Source of the DNA: Rhodospirillaceae bacterium
GTDB taxonomy: Bacteria; Pseudomonadota; Alphaproteobacteria; Rhodospirillales; UBA2165
Direction of reading: 5' to 3'
Assembly: GCA_947467145.1 (NCBI GenBank)
Contig: CANIGJ010000003.1
Span: 143,065-207,064, forward strand
DNA: 64,000 bases
Both the position numbers and the translations under genes were made by a program. Below the pieces are notes generated by a model that saw only the letters and a list, made by a program, of their open reading frames with translations, was not told the origin of the DNA and made no database searches. Shown here piece after piece: positions 34,768 through 44,278 of this stretch; within the stretch, counting starts at the first letter, position 1; each line of letters opens with the position of its first letter.

Positions 34768-35462
34768 CTGTTCGAGGCCGCCTGCGCTTTCGCGGGCAAA
34801 GGAAAGAAGGTGACGAATTTTTTGGCGAGCGCCAGATCGCCATCGACCTTCAGCATGTTCTTATCGATCATCGCCGTGAGTGGCATGCCGCTGTAAAGCG
34901 CTGCGGCCAGCAGGCGCGCGGTACCGGTGAAGACCGCATCGGCGCCGTCGTGCGGGCCACGTTCAAGCTCCAGGCGACCGTCGGCGATGCGGCCGACGAA
35001 ACTCTCGTCCTCCAACTGGAAGCCGATGCTGCCGGCAAAGCCTTTGGTGCGTGCGCCGTCGAACATTGTGCGCATCGATAGCATGATCGAGACGGAACTG
35101 ACCGGCCGCGTCGGGTCATGCATGGGTGAACGCGCCGCCCACTTGCCCAAGGTGCGGATCACCGGCTCGCTTTCGTAACCCCATTCGGTGAGTTCGTAGA
35201 CCTGGCTTGCCGCGGGTGGCGGCAGCTTGCGCTTCACCAACAGGCCGGAGGCTTCCAACCCTTCGAGCCGTTGGGTCAGGACGTTCGCGCTGATGCCGGG
35301 CAGGCTGTCGCGCAGATCGCTGAACCTTTTGGGGCCGAACAACAATTCACGCATGACCAGCAGCGCCCAGCGTTCGCCGACTAGATCGAGGGCATGGGCT
35401 ATGCCGCAGGCATCGTCGTAGAGGCGGTGTTTTTCTTTCTTAGTTATTTTTTGTAACTTCAT
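34764..35462 (-). CDS. HxlR family transcriptional regulator with C-terminal SCP2-like extension
   Basis: CGIAHALDLVGERWALLVMRELLFGPKRFSDLRDSLPGISANVLTQRLEGLEASGLL is the HxlR wHTH. It is followed by an extension of about 120 aa. Confidence 0.75.
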   Translation of the reverse strand: MKLQKITKKEKHRLYDDACGIAHALDLVGERWALLVMRELLFGPKRFSDLRDSLPGISANVLTQRLEGLEASGLLVKRKLPPPAASQVYELTEWGYESEPVIRTLGKWAARSPMHDPTRPVSSVSIMLSMRTMFDGARTKGFAGSIGFQLEDESFVGRIADGRLELERGPHDGADAVFTGTARLLAAALYSGMPLTAMIDKNMLKVDGDLALAKKFVTFFPLPAKAQAASNS

Positions 35463-35552
35463 AGTTGCTTTTTATAACTCATCTGGGTAGAACCGTCAAA
35501 TCCGGGGCGCAGCCGACCCTGAACGCCCGGAACATGCTCAAGGAGGAACAAG

Positions 35553-36017
35553 ATGTCCCAGAAATCCCAAACCAAACCCAAAATGATCTTTGTGAACATC
35601 CCTGTCACCGATCTTGCCCGTTCGGTTGCCTTCTATGAAGCGGTGGGTGCGACCAAGAACCCGCAATTCAGCGACAATACCGCCGCCTGCATGGTGTTCT
35701 CGGACACCATCCATGTGATGCTGCTGACGCACGACAAGTTCAAGGTCTTCTGCACCAAGAAGATCATCGACGCGAAAACCAGCGTCGAGGCGCTGTTCTG
35801 CATGTCGGAAAACAGCAAGGACGAGGTCGATACCACGGTCGACAAGGCCTGGGCGGCTGGCGGTAAAGCCGATCCGACGCCGAAGCAGGATTACGGCTTC
35901 ATGTACGGCCGCAGCTTCGAAGATCCCGATGGCCATATCTGGGAAGTGATGTGGATGGACGTCGAAGCGGCACAAAAGGCCATGGCCGAATGCGCCGACC
36001 AGACGGCGGCAGCCTGA
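35553..36017 (+). CDS. VOC (glyoxalase/bleomycin resistance) family protein
   Basis: 154 aa. IFVNIPVTDLARSVAFYEAVG ... YGRSFEDPDGHIWEVMW is the typical VOC beta-alpha-beta-beta-beta module. Confidence 0.7.
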   Translation: MSQKSQTKPKMIFVNIPVTDLARSVAFYEAVGATKNPQFSDNTAACMVFSDTIHVMLLTHDKFKVFCTKKIIDAKTSVEALFCMSENSKDEVDTTVDKAWAAGGKADPTPKQDYGFMYGRSFEDPDGHIWEVMWMDVEAAQKAMAECADQTAAA

Positions 36018-36019
36018 TC

Positions 36020-36526
36020 ATGGCCAACGATAATCTACCGGCCTGCCTGTGGTATGACGGCCAAGCGGAAGAAGCGGCCAACTTCTACGTCGCGACCTTC
36101 ACGGCCGGCGGCCGGCAAGCCGCCATCACCGACGAACTGCGCTGGGGCGAGGTCCGTCCCGAGCCGCATAAGGATGCCGCAGTCGGCAGCATCCTCACGG
36201 TGAGTTTCGAACTGGAAGAGCGGCCCTTCGTGGCACTCAATGGCGGGCCGCATTTCAAGTTCACTCCCGCCGTCTCGTTCATGGTGCTCTGCACAACCCA
36301 GAAGGAGATCGATCACTTCTGGACCGCGCTGCAGGCGGACGGTGGCCAGCCCAGCCAATGCGGTTGGCTCAACGATCGCTTCGGCCTGTCGTGGCAGGTT
36401 TGCCCGCGCCAACTGCTGGACATGCACAAAAGTCCCGATCGCGCGGCGGCCGACCGCGCGATGAAGGCGATGATGGGTATGGTGAAGCTCGACCTCGCCG
36501 CGCTGGAGAAAGCCTTCAAGGGCTGA
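36020..36526 (+). CDS. VOC superfamily protein of the PhnB / 3-demethylubiquinone-9 3-methyltransferase-domain type
   Basis: ORF 35951..36526 trimmed to the ATG at 36020. LWYDGQAEEAANFYV...FVALNGGP.FKFTPAVSF.V.C..Q.EID.FW..L....QCGWL.D.FGLSWQV is the conserved pattern of this family. Confidence 0.7.
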   Translation: MANDNLPACLWYDGQAEEAANFYVATFTAGGRQAAITDELRWGEVRPEPHKDAAVGSILTVSFELEERPFVALNGGPHFKFTPAVSFMVLCTTQKEIDHFWTALQADGGQPSQCGWLNDRFGLSWQVCPRQLLDMHKSPDRAAADRAMKAMMGMVKLDLAALEKAFKG

Positions 36527-36554
36527 TTCAATAATTGGAAAATTGTTCCACGTG

Positions 36555-36590
36555 AAACAGGGCCATCATGAGTGGCCCTGTTTTCGTTTC
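36555..36590. terminator. Bidirectional rho-independent terminator between convergent genes
   Basis: An 11-bp perfect stem AAACAGGGCCA / TGGCCCTGTTT with a 7-nt loop, then TCGTTTC on the plus strand and TTTCAC on the minus strand. It lies between the stop at 36526 (+) and the stop at 36602 (-). Confidence 0.65.
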
Positions 36591-36601
36591 AGCAGGTCGG
36601 A

Positions 36602-37270
36602 TCAGAAATCCAGATCGGTGTAATGCTTGGCGGGCGGCAGGCCGGGAATGCGGTCGGCCAGCACGGCGCGCATGCTAGGGCGCGACTTGATGCGCATGTA
36701 CCAGGTCTTGGCGACCGGATGATCGGCCCACGGCACATCGCCCAGATAATCGATGCACGAGATATGCGCTGCCGCCGCAATATCGGCGAACGACAGCTCG
36801 TCGCTCGCCAGCCAGTGACGGCGCTCGGCGAGGAAGGTGATGTAGGCGAGATGGGTGTGGATGTTTTTCTGCGCCGCGCGAATCTCGCGGCTGTCGGGCT
36901 CGCCCAAACCGAGAAAGCGTTTCATCACCTTTTCATTTATTAGGCGATCGCTGACCTCGCGATCGAACTTGCGGTCGAACCAGCCGACCAGGCGGCGCAC
37001 CTCGGCGCGTTCGTGCGGCGTGCGCCCGCCGAGATTGGGAGTGGGTTCCTGCTCTTCGAGGTACTCGCAGATCGCCCAGGATTCGGCGAGCACGGTGTTA
37101 TCGGGCTCGACTAGCACCGGAACCTCGCCGGCCGGATTGAGCGCCAGAAAATCGCGACGGCGGTCCCACACCCGTTCGACGTTCATCTCGAACGGGAGTT
37201 TCTTCTCCGCAAGCACGATGCGGACCTTACGCGAAAATGGCGAGAGCCACAGATGATAAAGCGTACGCAT
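36602..37270 (-). CDS. Glutathione S-transferase family protein
   Basis: 222 aa. The N-terminal thioredoxin-like part is LYHLWLSPFSRKVRIVLAEKKL...NPAGEVPVL....L.ES.AI.EYL. The C-terminal domain is helical. Confidence 0.8.
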   Translation of the reverse strand: MRTLYHLWLSPFSRKVRIVLAEKKLPFEMNVERVWDRRRDFLALNPAGEVPVLVEPDNTVLAESWAICEYLEEQEPTPNLGGRTPHERAEVRRLVGWFDRKFDREVSDRLINEKVMKRFLGLGEPDSREIRAAQKNIHTHLAYITFLAERRHWLASDELSFADIAAAAHISCIDYLGDVPWADHPVAKTWYMRIKSRPSMRAVLADRIPGLPPAKHYTDLDF

Positions 37271-37393
37271 GCACGGGTGGTTATAGCCCGCGTCGCAGGC
37301 GGATCAATAGTGCGACGTGCGCGCGGCCTATAGCGATGATCCAGGCTTCCCCCGCTACGCGAACCGGTTTATTGCTGCATCCGCCTTCTCGGA

Positions 37394-38230
37394 GTGAGGA
37401 CCGCTTTTCCCGTGCCGTTCGTTCATATACTCGTCCTCGCGGCAGTTCAGGGGCTGACGGAATTCCTGCCGGTCTCGTCGTCCGGCCATCTCCTGCTCGT
37501 TCCCTATTTTATGGGTTGGTCGGACCAGGGCCGCATCATCGATGTGGCCATGCATATCGGCACCTTGCTGGCCGTCGTGATCTATTTCTGGCGCGATGTG
37601 TTCAGCATGACCCGCGCATTGGGCCGCAGCTTCACGCTGGCCGCGCGCGGCCGCCCGATGGACAGGGAATTTTGGCTGATCCTGAAACTGATCGTCGCCA
37701 GCATTCCGGCGGTCGCGGCCGGTGTGGCGATCGAACATTATTTCCCGGATGGCATGCGCGACATTTCCATCGTCGCCTGGACGACGATCATCTTCGCCAT
37801 TCTGCTCTATGCGGCCGACAAGATGTTCATGACCATCCGCCGCATGGAACATATCTCGTATCTCGGCGCGTTTTTTGTCGGCTGCTTCCAGGCGCTGGCG
37901 CTGATCCCGGGCACCAGCCGTTCAGGTGCGACCATGACGGCGGCGCGCATCCTGGGTGTCGAGCGTTCCGAAGCGGCGCGCTTCTCGTTCCTGATGGCGA
38001 TCCCGACCATCCTCGGCGCCGGCTTGCTCGAAGGCTACAAGCTCTATAAGTCGGGCGACATGACCCTGCTTCACGATGCCGTGATCGGCGGTATGCTCGC
38101 CTTTGTCTTCGGCCTCGCCGCCATCGCCTTCATGATGGCGTGGTTGCGCCGCGCGAGCTTTACACCCTTCGTCGTGTATCGGCTGTGTCTGGGTGCGCTG
38201 CTGATGTGGATCGTCTACGGCGCGGCTTAA
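37394..38230 (+). CDS. uppP: Undecaprenyl-diphosphate phosphatase
   Basis: GLTEFLPVSSSGHLLL and GTSRSGATMTAA are the two BacA/UppP signature motifs. The start could be the GTG at 37394 or at 37412. Confidence 0.88.
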   Translation: MRTAFPVPFVHILVLAAVQGLTEFLPVSSSGHLLLVPYFMGWSDQGRIIDVAMHIGTLLAVVIYFWRDVFSMTRALGRSFTLAARGRPMDREFWLILKLIVASIPAVAAGVAIEHYFPDGMRDISIVAWTTIIFAILLYAADKMFMTIRRMEHISYLGAFFVGCFQALALIPGTSRSGATMTAARILGVERSEAARFSFLMAIPTILGAGLLEGYKLYKSGDMTLLHDAVIGGMLAFVFGLAAIAFMMAWLRRASFTPFVVYRLCLGALLMWIVYGAA

Positions 38231-39850
38231 TTATTCCGCTGGGGCTTCCGCCCGGGCGGGGCCACGACGCTGGCCGCCTCGCGCATGACCGCCCTCCACC
38301 TCGCGTCCACCCTTCAAGAAACAGATCGGCACCAGCGCCAGGGTTGCGACCGCCGCGATCAGCAGGAACGAATCGCGGAACGCGAACATCTGCGCCTGTG
38401 CATAAACCGCCTGTCCCAGAAATTGCAGCGCCAGCGGATCGATCGCACCGTCCGGCACGCCGGTGAGCCCGCCCTGCGACAGCAGAATGCGCATGCGTTC
38501 GAACAGATCGAAGGTAGCGGCGTTGGATTCGGTCTGCGTCGCGGTCAAGGCCGCGCTGTGGAACATGGTGCGATCCTCGAGCACCACGGCGATGACATTG
38601 ACGCCGAACGCGCCGCCCAACTGGCGAATGAAATTGATCGCACCCGATCCCTGCACCAGCATATCGGGCGGCAGAGCGCGGAGGCCCGTGACGTTGAGAT
38701 TGGGAAAGATACAGGCCACACCAACGCGCGCGACGATCAACCACATCGCGAAGGTCCAGAACGGCGTGTTGGTGTCCGCACCCGCGTTGAGGAAATTGGC
38801 ATAGGCGACCATGACGAAGCCGATGAAGACGAGCGCGCGGCGATAGCCGAGATCGCCGAGCCGGCCGAACACCACCGAGCCCAATGCCATGCACAGGCCG
38901 GCCGGGATCTGCATGGCGCCGGCGAGTGTCGGCGTGTAACCCTGCACCAGCTGCACGAACAGCGGTGTCGTATAGAACGACGTGAACAGCGACGCGCCCA
39001 TCACCGCCGCGATGATGGTGACGATGGCATAGGCCGGAATGGTGAACAGCCGTAGATTCAGCAGCGGGTTCGGATAGACATATTCCCAGGCGAGGAAGCC
39101 GACGAAGGCCACGCCGGCGATGGCGAACAGGCTGAGGATGAAGTCCGATTGCCAGCCCTCGCGGATGCCGTGCGACAGCGCCGTCATGAAGGAAAAGGTG
39201 AAGGTGACCAGCAGGATGAAGCCGATCCAGTCGAACGGCGTGCGTGCGACATTCGGATCGCGCGGCTTGAGCAGGAACGATCCCATGATGCCGGCGAGGA
39301 TGCAGAACGGCACCGGGAACAGCAGCACCGCATGCCAGTCGAACGCATCGATGGCGACGCCGCCGAAATAGGGCCCCAAGGACGGCGCCATGATCGAGCC
39401 GATGCCGAACACGCCCATCGCCTTGCCGCGTTCGTTGGCGGGGAAGGCTTCGAAGATCGTCACCATGGTCAGCGGCTGGATCATGCCGGTCGCCGTGCCC
39501 TGCACGATGCGGGCGGCAATCACCATTTCGATGCTGTCGGCCGAGACCCCCATGAAGGAGCCGATCACGAAGATTGTCATGGCGAGCTGATAGGTGCCGC
39601 GCCGGCCCAATTGGCGCACGAACCAATCGGCCATCAACATTGCCGTCGTCGTTGCGGCGAGGAAGCCCGAGGCCAGCCATTGCGCGGTGTCCTGGCCGAC
39701 GCCGAACGCGCCCATCACGCCAGGAATGGCGACGTTGACGATGGTGGTGGCGAGGATTGTCGAAATCGCGCCGATGGTGACGGTGATCGTCACCAGCCAG
39801 CGGTTGGGTGCGAAGGGCGCGGGTATGGCTCCGTTCGCGGGTTCAGCCAC
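38231..39850 (-). CDS. DHA2-family MFS multidrug efflux transporter (EmrB/QacA type, 14 TM)
   Basis: ORF 38231..40138 trimmed to the GTG at 39850, 3 nt after the HlyD-family stop; the longer form overlaps that gene. It has VNVAIP..M, the MFS motifs LGRRGTYQL and a pattern of about 14 TM segments. Confidence 0.85.
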   Translation of the reverse strand: MAEPANGAIPAPFAPNRWLVTITVTIGAISTILATTIVNVAIPGVMGAFGVGQDTAQWLASGFLAATTTAMLMADWFVRQLGRRGTYQLAMTIFVIGSFMGVSADSIEMVIAARIVQGTATGMIQPLTMVTIFEAFPANERGKAMGVFGIGSIMAPSLGPYFGGVAIDAFDWHAVLLFPVPFCILAGIMGSFLLKPRDPNVARTPFDWIGFILLVTFTFSFMTALSHGIREGWQSDFILSLFAIAGVAFVGFLAWEYVYPNPLLNLRLFTIPAYAIVTIIAAVMGASLFTSFYTTPLFVQLVQGYTPTLAGAMQIPAGLCMALGSVVFGRLGDLGYRRALVFIGFVMVAYANFLNAGADTNTPFWTFAMWLIVARVGVACIFPNLNVTGLRALPPDMLVQGSGAINFIRQLGGAFGVNVIAVVLEDRTMFHSAALTATQTESNAATFDLFERMRILLSQGGLTGVPDGAIDPLALQFLGQAVYAQAQMFAFRDSFLLIAAVATLALVPICFLKGGREVEGGHARGGQRRGPARAEAPAE

Positions 39851-39852
39851 GA

Positions 39853-41037
39853 TCAGCGGCCCGGCACGACAACGCTGATTTCCACCATCATGCCGGGGCG
39901 CAGCATGTCGCCGGCCTCTTCGACCTTCACCTTGATGGGAAGACGCTGCACGATTTTGGTGAAATTGCCGCTCGGATTGGGATTGGGCAACAATGCGTAT
40001 TGGCTGGTCGCACTCGATCCGATATGCGTCACCTTGCCGGTGAAGGCGCGATCGGGATAGGCGTCCACCGTCACCTTCACGGTCGCTCCCATGGCGATCT
40101 TGCGGACATCGGTCTCGCGCACATTGGCGTCGATCCAAACGTCATCGGGATTGTGCAGCAGCATCAGGCGCTGGCCGGGCCGCACGAACTCGCTCGGATT
40201 GAGGAACAGCTTATCGACCACGCCGTCGATCGGGCTGACGATAGTGCGATCCGCGATCTCCAAGCGCTGCTGATCCTGGATCGCGTTCAGGCGTTCTTCT
40301 TCCGCGATCAATTGCTCGATACGGCGTTGCAGCACGATGCTCTGCTGGCGTGCGGCTTCGGCCTCGGACAATTGCGCTTCGGCGACGGCCAGCTCGGCCG
40401 TCGTCTGGGCGAGCTTCTCGCTCGCGTCCTTCAGATCGGCGGCGGCTTTCTCCAGCGCCTGCGATGAGACCACCTTGTTGGCGGCCAGCGACTGGATGCG
40501 ATTGTATTCGGATCGCACGAATTCGTTGCGCGAACGCGCGCCTTGGACGCCGGCGCGACCGCCGGCGACGCGATGACGTTGCGCTTCGAGCCGGTGCGTG
40601 GTCTGCGCTTCGCTCATGGTCAGTTCGGCCGAGAGCGTTTCGCGCTGCGCGCGCAACTCGGCAACCTGCGCGATCAGTTCGGCGAGTTTCAATTGCGGGC
40701 CGCGCGAATCGATCTCGACCAGCACGTCGCCCTTTTTCACTTTCTGGCCTTGGCTGACGGGTATGCGCGTCGTCCAGCCGTCGAAGCGCGAGGCGACCGC
40801 GATCATGTCGGCGGCGACGCGGGCGTCTTCTTCGCTCACATGGTCGAAGCGATGCTGCAGCCAGGTATAGCCCCAGATGCCGAGGCCGAGCACGAGGACC
40901 GCGACGACGCCGATCTTGATCTTGAGCGCGCGGTCGAAATTGATCATGCGGCGGCGGCGCAATTGTTCGCCGAGCGAGACCGGGCCGCTCGATCCTTCGG
41001 GAGCGCGGAGAATGACTGTCCGGTCGGGGCGTATCAT
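39853..41037 (-). CDS. HlyD/EmrA family membrane fusion protein
   Basis: 394 aa with a single N-terminal TM segment, a long coiled-coil (AELRAQRETLSAEL..., AELAVAEAQLSEAEAARQQ), and lipoyl and beta-barrel motifs (I.SPIDGVV, G....V). Confidence 0.85.
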   Translation of the reverse strand: MIRPDRTVILRAPEGSSGPVSLGEQLRRRRMINFDRALKIKIGVVAVLVLGLGIWGYTWLQHRFDHVSEEDARVAADMIAVASRFDGWTTRIPVSQGQKVKKGDVLVEIDSRGPQLKLAELIAQVAELRAQRETLSAELTMSEAQTTHRLEAQRHRVAGGRAGVQGARSRNEFVRSEYNRIQSLAANKVVSSQALEKAAADLKDASEKLAQTTAELAVAEAQLSEAEAARQQSIVLQRRIEQLIAEEERLNAIQDQQRLEIADRTIVSPIDGVVDKLFLNPSEFVRPGQRLMLLHNPDDVWIDANVRETDVRKIAMGATVKVTVDAYPDRAFTGKVTHIGSSATSQYALLPNPNPSGNFTKIVQRLPIKVKVEEAGDMLRPGMMVEISVVVPGR

Positions 41038-41522
41038 TCGGCTTCCCCGATCTTGGTTTCCGCGTTGGCGCGTAAGCGATCGAACACTGCGAGGCAGGTG
41101 CGGATTTCGGTGTCGGTGCTGCCTTCCAGCAGTTGGGCGCGCACCTCGTCGGCGATGGCCATGACTTCGTTGTTGCGGGCACGCCCTTCGGCGGTCAGAT
41201 GCAGGGTCTTGCCGCGCCGGTCGTTGGCGGCGGCGCGCCGTTCGATCAGGCCGTCCTTTTCGAGATTGTCGAGCAGGCGGACCAAGGACGGCCCTTCGAT
41301 GCCGATGGCGATGGCCAGGTCCTTTTGCAGGATGCCGTCGCCCATATGGTTGAGATGGAACAGGGTGCGCCAGGTCGATTGCGACAGGCCGGTGGGGCGC
41401 AACGATTCGTCGAGCACCCGGCGCCAGCGATGCGCCATCTGGACCAGTCTCAGGCCGAATTCATGGGATAGCGAAGAGGCAGAGGGATTGGCGGGGCTGC
41501 CGCCAGCATCGGGACCGGGCAT
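41034..41522 (-). CDS. MarR family transcriptional regulator (EmrR-like, first gene of the efflux operon)
   Basis: 162 aa. LSQSTWRTLFHLNHMGDGILQKDLAIAIGIEGPSLVRLLDNLEKDGLIERRAAANDRRGKTLHLT. Its stop overlaps the emrA-like ATG (ATGA). Confidence 0.8.
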   Translation of the reverse strand: MPGPDAGGSPANPSASSLSHEFGLRLVQMAHRWRRVLDESLRPTGLSQSTWRTLFHLNHMGDGILQKDLAIAIGIEGPSLVRLLDNLEKDGLIERRAAANDRRGKTLHLTAEGRARNNEVMAIADEVRAQLLEGSTDTEIRTCLAVFDRLRANAETKIGEAE

Positions 41523-41610
41523 CTATGCGGTGTCGCTAATAATTAGGACGCTATCTATTAAGCGCCTCTTTGATCCGGGCGACAAGTCATAAAAGAATCA
41601 TAAAAGACGG

Positions 41611-43233
41611 TCAGCGCGCGACGACACCCGTCTCGTCGGCCTCGATCTCGAAGGCCGCCTTCATGAGGGCCTGGGTATAGGGCTCCTTCGGATTTTCGAT
41701 CACCGCCTCCGCCGGGCCGGATTCGACCACGATGCCTTTGCGCAACACGACGATGTCATGGGCGAGGGCCCGTACGACTTTTAGATCATGGCTGATGAAC
41801 AGATAGGCGAGGCGGTGCTTCACTTGCAGGTCGCGGAACAGCTCGACGATCTGCGCCTGCACGGTCATGTCGAGGGCACTTGTCGGCTCGTCCAGCACCA
41901 TCAATTTCGGCTTTAGGACGAGCGCGCGCGCCACGCAAATGCGCTGACGCTGGCCACCGGAAAATTCGTGCGGATAACGATCCATCGTCGTCGGATCGAG
42001 GCCGACTTCATGGAGTGCCGCCCCGACCAGTTCGCGCCGCGCGGCGTAATCGCCGCCGAGCCCGTGCACCAGCAAGCCTTCCTCGACGATCTGGAAGACC
42101 GACAGGCGCGGCGAAAGTGAGCCGAACGGATCCTGAAACACGATCTGCATATCGGCGCGCAACGGGCGCATCTGTGCCCATGACAGGTTCTGAATCGGCT
42201 GGCCGTCGAAAATGATTTCGCCGGTTGAACTTTCGAGCCGAAGCAACGCCCGCGCCAACGTCGATTTGCCCGAACCGGATTCGCCGACGATTCCCAGGGT
42301 CTCGCCTTCGCGTAAACTTAGCGACACGCCGTCCACCGCTTTGATGTGGCCGACAACGCGGCGCACCACGCCCTTCTTGATCGGGAACCACACGCGCAAA
42401 TCGGTGGCGCGTAGGATTTCCTTCGCATCGGCCGGAATCGGATCGGGCCGGCCCTTGGGCTCGGATCCCAACAGGCGCTTCGTATAGGGATGCTGCGGGT
42501 CGGTGAAGATCTGTTCGGTCGGACCGGTTTCGACGATCTGCCCGTTGGTCATGACATGCACGGTATCGGCCATGCGCCGCACGATGCCGAGATCATGGGT
42601 GATCAGGATCAGTGCCATGCCGAGCTTCTGCGTCAGCTCCTTCAAGAGTTTCAGCACCTGCGCCTGGATGGTGACGTCGAGCGCGGTGGTCGGCTCGTCG
42701 GCGATGAGGATTTCCGGATCGTTGGCCAATGCCATGGCGATCATGATGCGTTGTTGCTGCCCGCCGGAGAATTCCTGCGGCAACGCGTGCAGGCGCTCCT
42801 TGGCCTCGCCGAGGCCGACGAGATCGAGCAGTTCTTCGACCCGAGCCTGCGCCTTACGCTTGTCGAGATGTTTGTGGATATGCAGGACTTCGCTGATCTG
42901 CTCGCCGATGGAATGCAGCGGGTTCAGCGAATTGATCGGTTCCTGGAAGATCATGGCGATGCGGTTGCCGCGGATGCGCCGCATATCCTCGTCGGTGGCG
43001 CGCATCAGATCGGCGCGATCGAAGCGGATCTGGCCGGACGGATGCCACGCCGTCGGATAGGGCAGCAGCTTCAGAATCGACAGCGCGGTAACCGATTTAC
43101 CCGATCCGGATTCGCCGACGATGCCGATGGTCTGGCCTCGTTCGAGATCGAACGAGATGCTTTTGACGGCCTTCACCTCGTTCGGCACCTGACCGAAGCT
43201 CACCGACAGATTGCGGATTTCGAGCAAGGCCAT
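41611..43233 (-). CDS. yejF: ABC transporter ATP-binding protein with two fused ATPase domains (YejF-type)
   Basis: ORF 41611..43272 trimmed to the ATG at 43233 ([11 protein letters not shown]), 1 nt after the upstream permease stop. It has two Walker A motifs (GESGSGKS twice), two LSGGQ-type signatures ([16 protein letters not shown]) and two Walker B motifs. Confidence 0.85.
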   Translation of the reverse strand: MALLEIRNLSVSFGQVPNEVKAVKSISFDLERGQTIGIVGESGSGKSVTALSILKLLPYPTAWHPSGQIRFDRADLMRATDEDMRRIRGNRIAMIFQEPINSLNPLHSIGEQISEVLHIHKHLDKRKAQARVEELLDLVGLGEAKERLHALPQEFSGGQQQRIMIAMALANDPEILIADEPTTALDVTIQAQVLKLLKELTQKLGMALILITHDLGIVRRMADTVHVMTNGQIVETGPTEQIFTDPQHPYTKRLLGSEPKGRPDPIPADAKEILRATDLRVWFPIKKGVVRRVVGHIKAVDGVSLSLREGETLGIVGESGSGKSTLARALLRLESSTGEIIFDGQPIQNLSWAQMRPLRADMQIVFQDPFGSLSPRLSVFQIVEEGLLVHGLGGDYAARRELVGAALHEVGLDPTTMDRYPHEFSGGQRQRICVARALVLKPKLMVLDEPTSALDMTVQAQIVELFRDLQVKHRLAYLFISHDLKVVRALAHDIVVLRKGIVVESGPAEAVIENPKEPYTQALMKAAFEIEADETGVVAR

Positions 43234-43234
43234 G

Positions 43235-44275
43235 TCAGTTCCTAAACGTCTTGCGCGGGTCGAGCGCGTCACGCACGGCCTCGCCGATGAAGACGAGCAG
43301 ACTGAGCATCAGAGCCGTGACGATGAAGGCGGAGATGCCGAGCCACGGCGCTTGCAGGTTGTTTTTGCCCTGGTTTAGCAGTTCGCCGAGCGAGGCCGAA
43401 CCGGGCGGCAGGCCGTAGCCGATGAAGTCGAGCGCGGTGAGCGAACTGATCGCCCCGCTCAGAATGAAGGGCAAGAACGAAAGCGTGGCGACGACGGCGT
43501 TCGGCAGGATGTGTTTGAACATCACGTGGCGGTCCGATTGTCCGAGGGCGCGCGCCGCCAGCACGAAGGTCAGGTTGCGGGCGCGCAGGAACTCCGCGCG
43601 CACGACGCCGATCAAGCCCATCCAGCCGAAGACCAGCATGATCGCCAGCAATAACCAAAACGACGGCTCGAAGAACGAAGCCAGGATGATCAGGATGAAC
43701 AGCTGCGGCATGCTGCTCCAGATTTCGATGAAGCGCTGGAACAACAGATCGGTCAGTCCACCATAATAACCCTGCACCGCCCCCGCCGCGATGCCGATCA
43801 CCGACGACAAGATCGTCAAGGTCAGGCCGAATAGGATGGAAATGCGAAAGCCGTAGATCACCCGCGCCGTCACGTCGCGCGCCTGATCGTCGGTGCCGAG
43901 CCAGTTCCTGGCGGTCGGCGGCGAGGGCGAAGGTGCGCCCAGATCGTGCACGACGCTGTCATAGCTGTAGGGGATGATCGGCCAGACCATCCAGCCTTTG
44001 TCCTTGATCAGCTTCTGCACTTCGGGATCGTGGTATTCGGCTGCGGTTTCGAAGATGCCGCCGAAGGTGGTTTCGGGATAATCGACCGCGACGGGAACAT
44101 AGAAATGTCCGTCGTAGCGCACGAGGATCGGCTTATCGTTGGCGATCAACTCGGCGCACAGGCTGAACACGAACAGCGCCATGAAAATCCAGAACGACCA
44201 ATGGCCGCGCCGGTTCGCCTTGAAGTTCGCAAGACGGCGCCGATTGATCGGGCTGAGGGTGAAATCGTGCGCCAT
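43235..44275 (-). CDS. yejE: ABC transporter permease (YejE-type, oligopeptide family)
   Basis: 346 aa with an N-terminal extension and TM segment (WSFWIFMALFVFSL). WLGTDDQARDV and the EAA-loop region ARALGQSDRHVMFKHILPN are typical of DppC/YejE. Confidence 0.8.
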   Translation of the reverse strand: MAHDFTLSPINRRRLANFKANRRGHWSFWIFMALFVFSLCAELIANDKPILVRYDGHFYVPVAVDYPETTFGGIFETAAEYHDPEVQKLIKDKGWMVWPIIPYSYDSVVHDLGAPSPSPPTARNWLGTDDQARDVTARVIYGFRISILFGLTLTILSSVIGIAAGAVQGYYGGLTDLLFQRFIEIWSSMPQLFILIILASFFEPSFWLLLAIMLVFGWMGLIGVVRAEFLRARNLTFVLAARALGQSDRHVMFKHILPNAVVATLSFLPFILSGAISSLTALDFIGYGLPPGSASLGELLNQGKNNLQAPWLGISAFIVTALMLSLLVFIGEAVRDALDPRKTFRN

Positions 44276-44278
44276 GGG

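Noticed and set aside
38160-40138. Alternative frames and the 5' extension of the emrB-like ORF (38160..39680 -, 39149..40060 +, and the 38231..40138 long form).
   Set aside because: The long form overlaps the HlyD-family gene by about 290 nt and translates as an Arg/Gly-rich sequence. The GTG at 39850, 3 nt after the upstream stop, gives a normal MFS N-terminus. The other frames lack TM periodicity or motifs.
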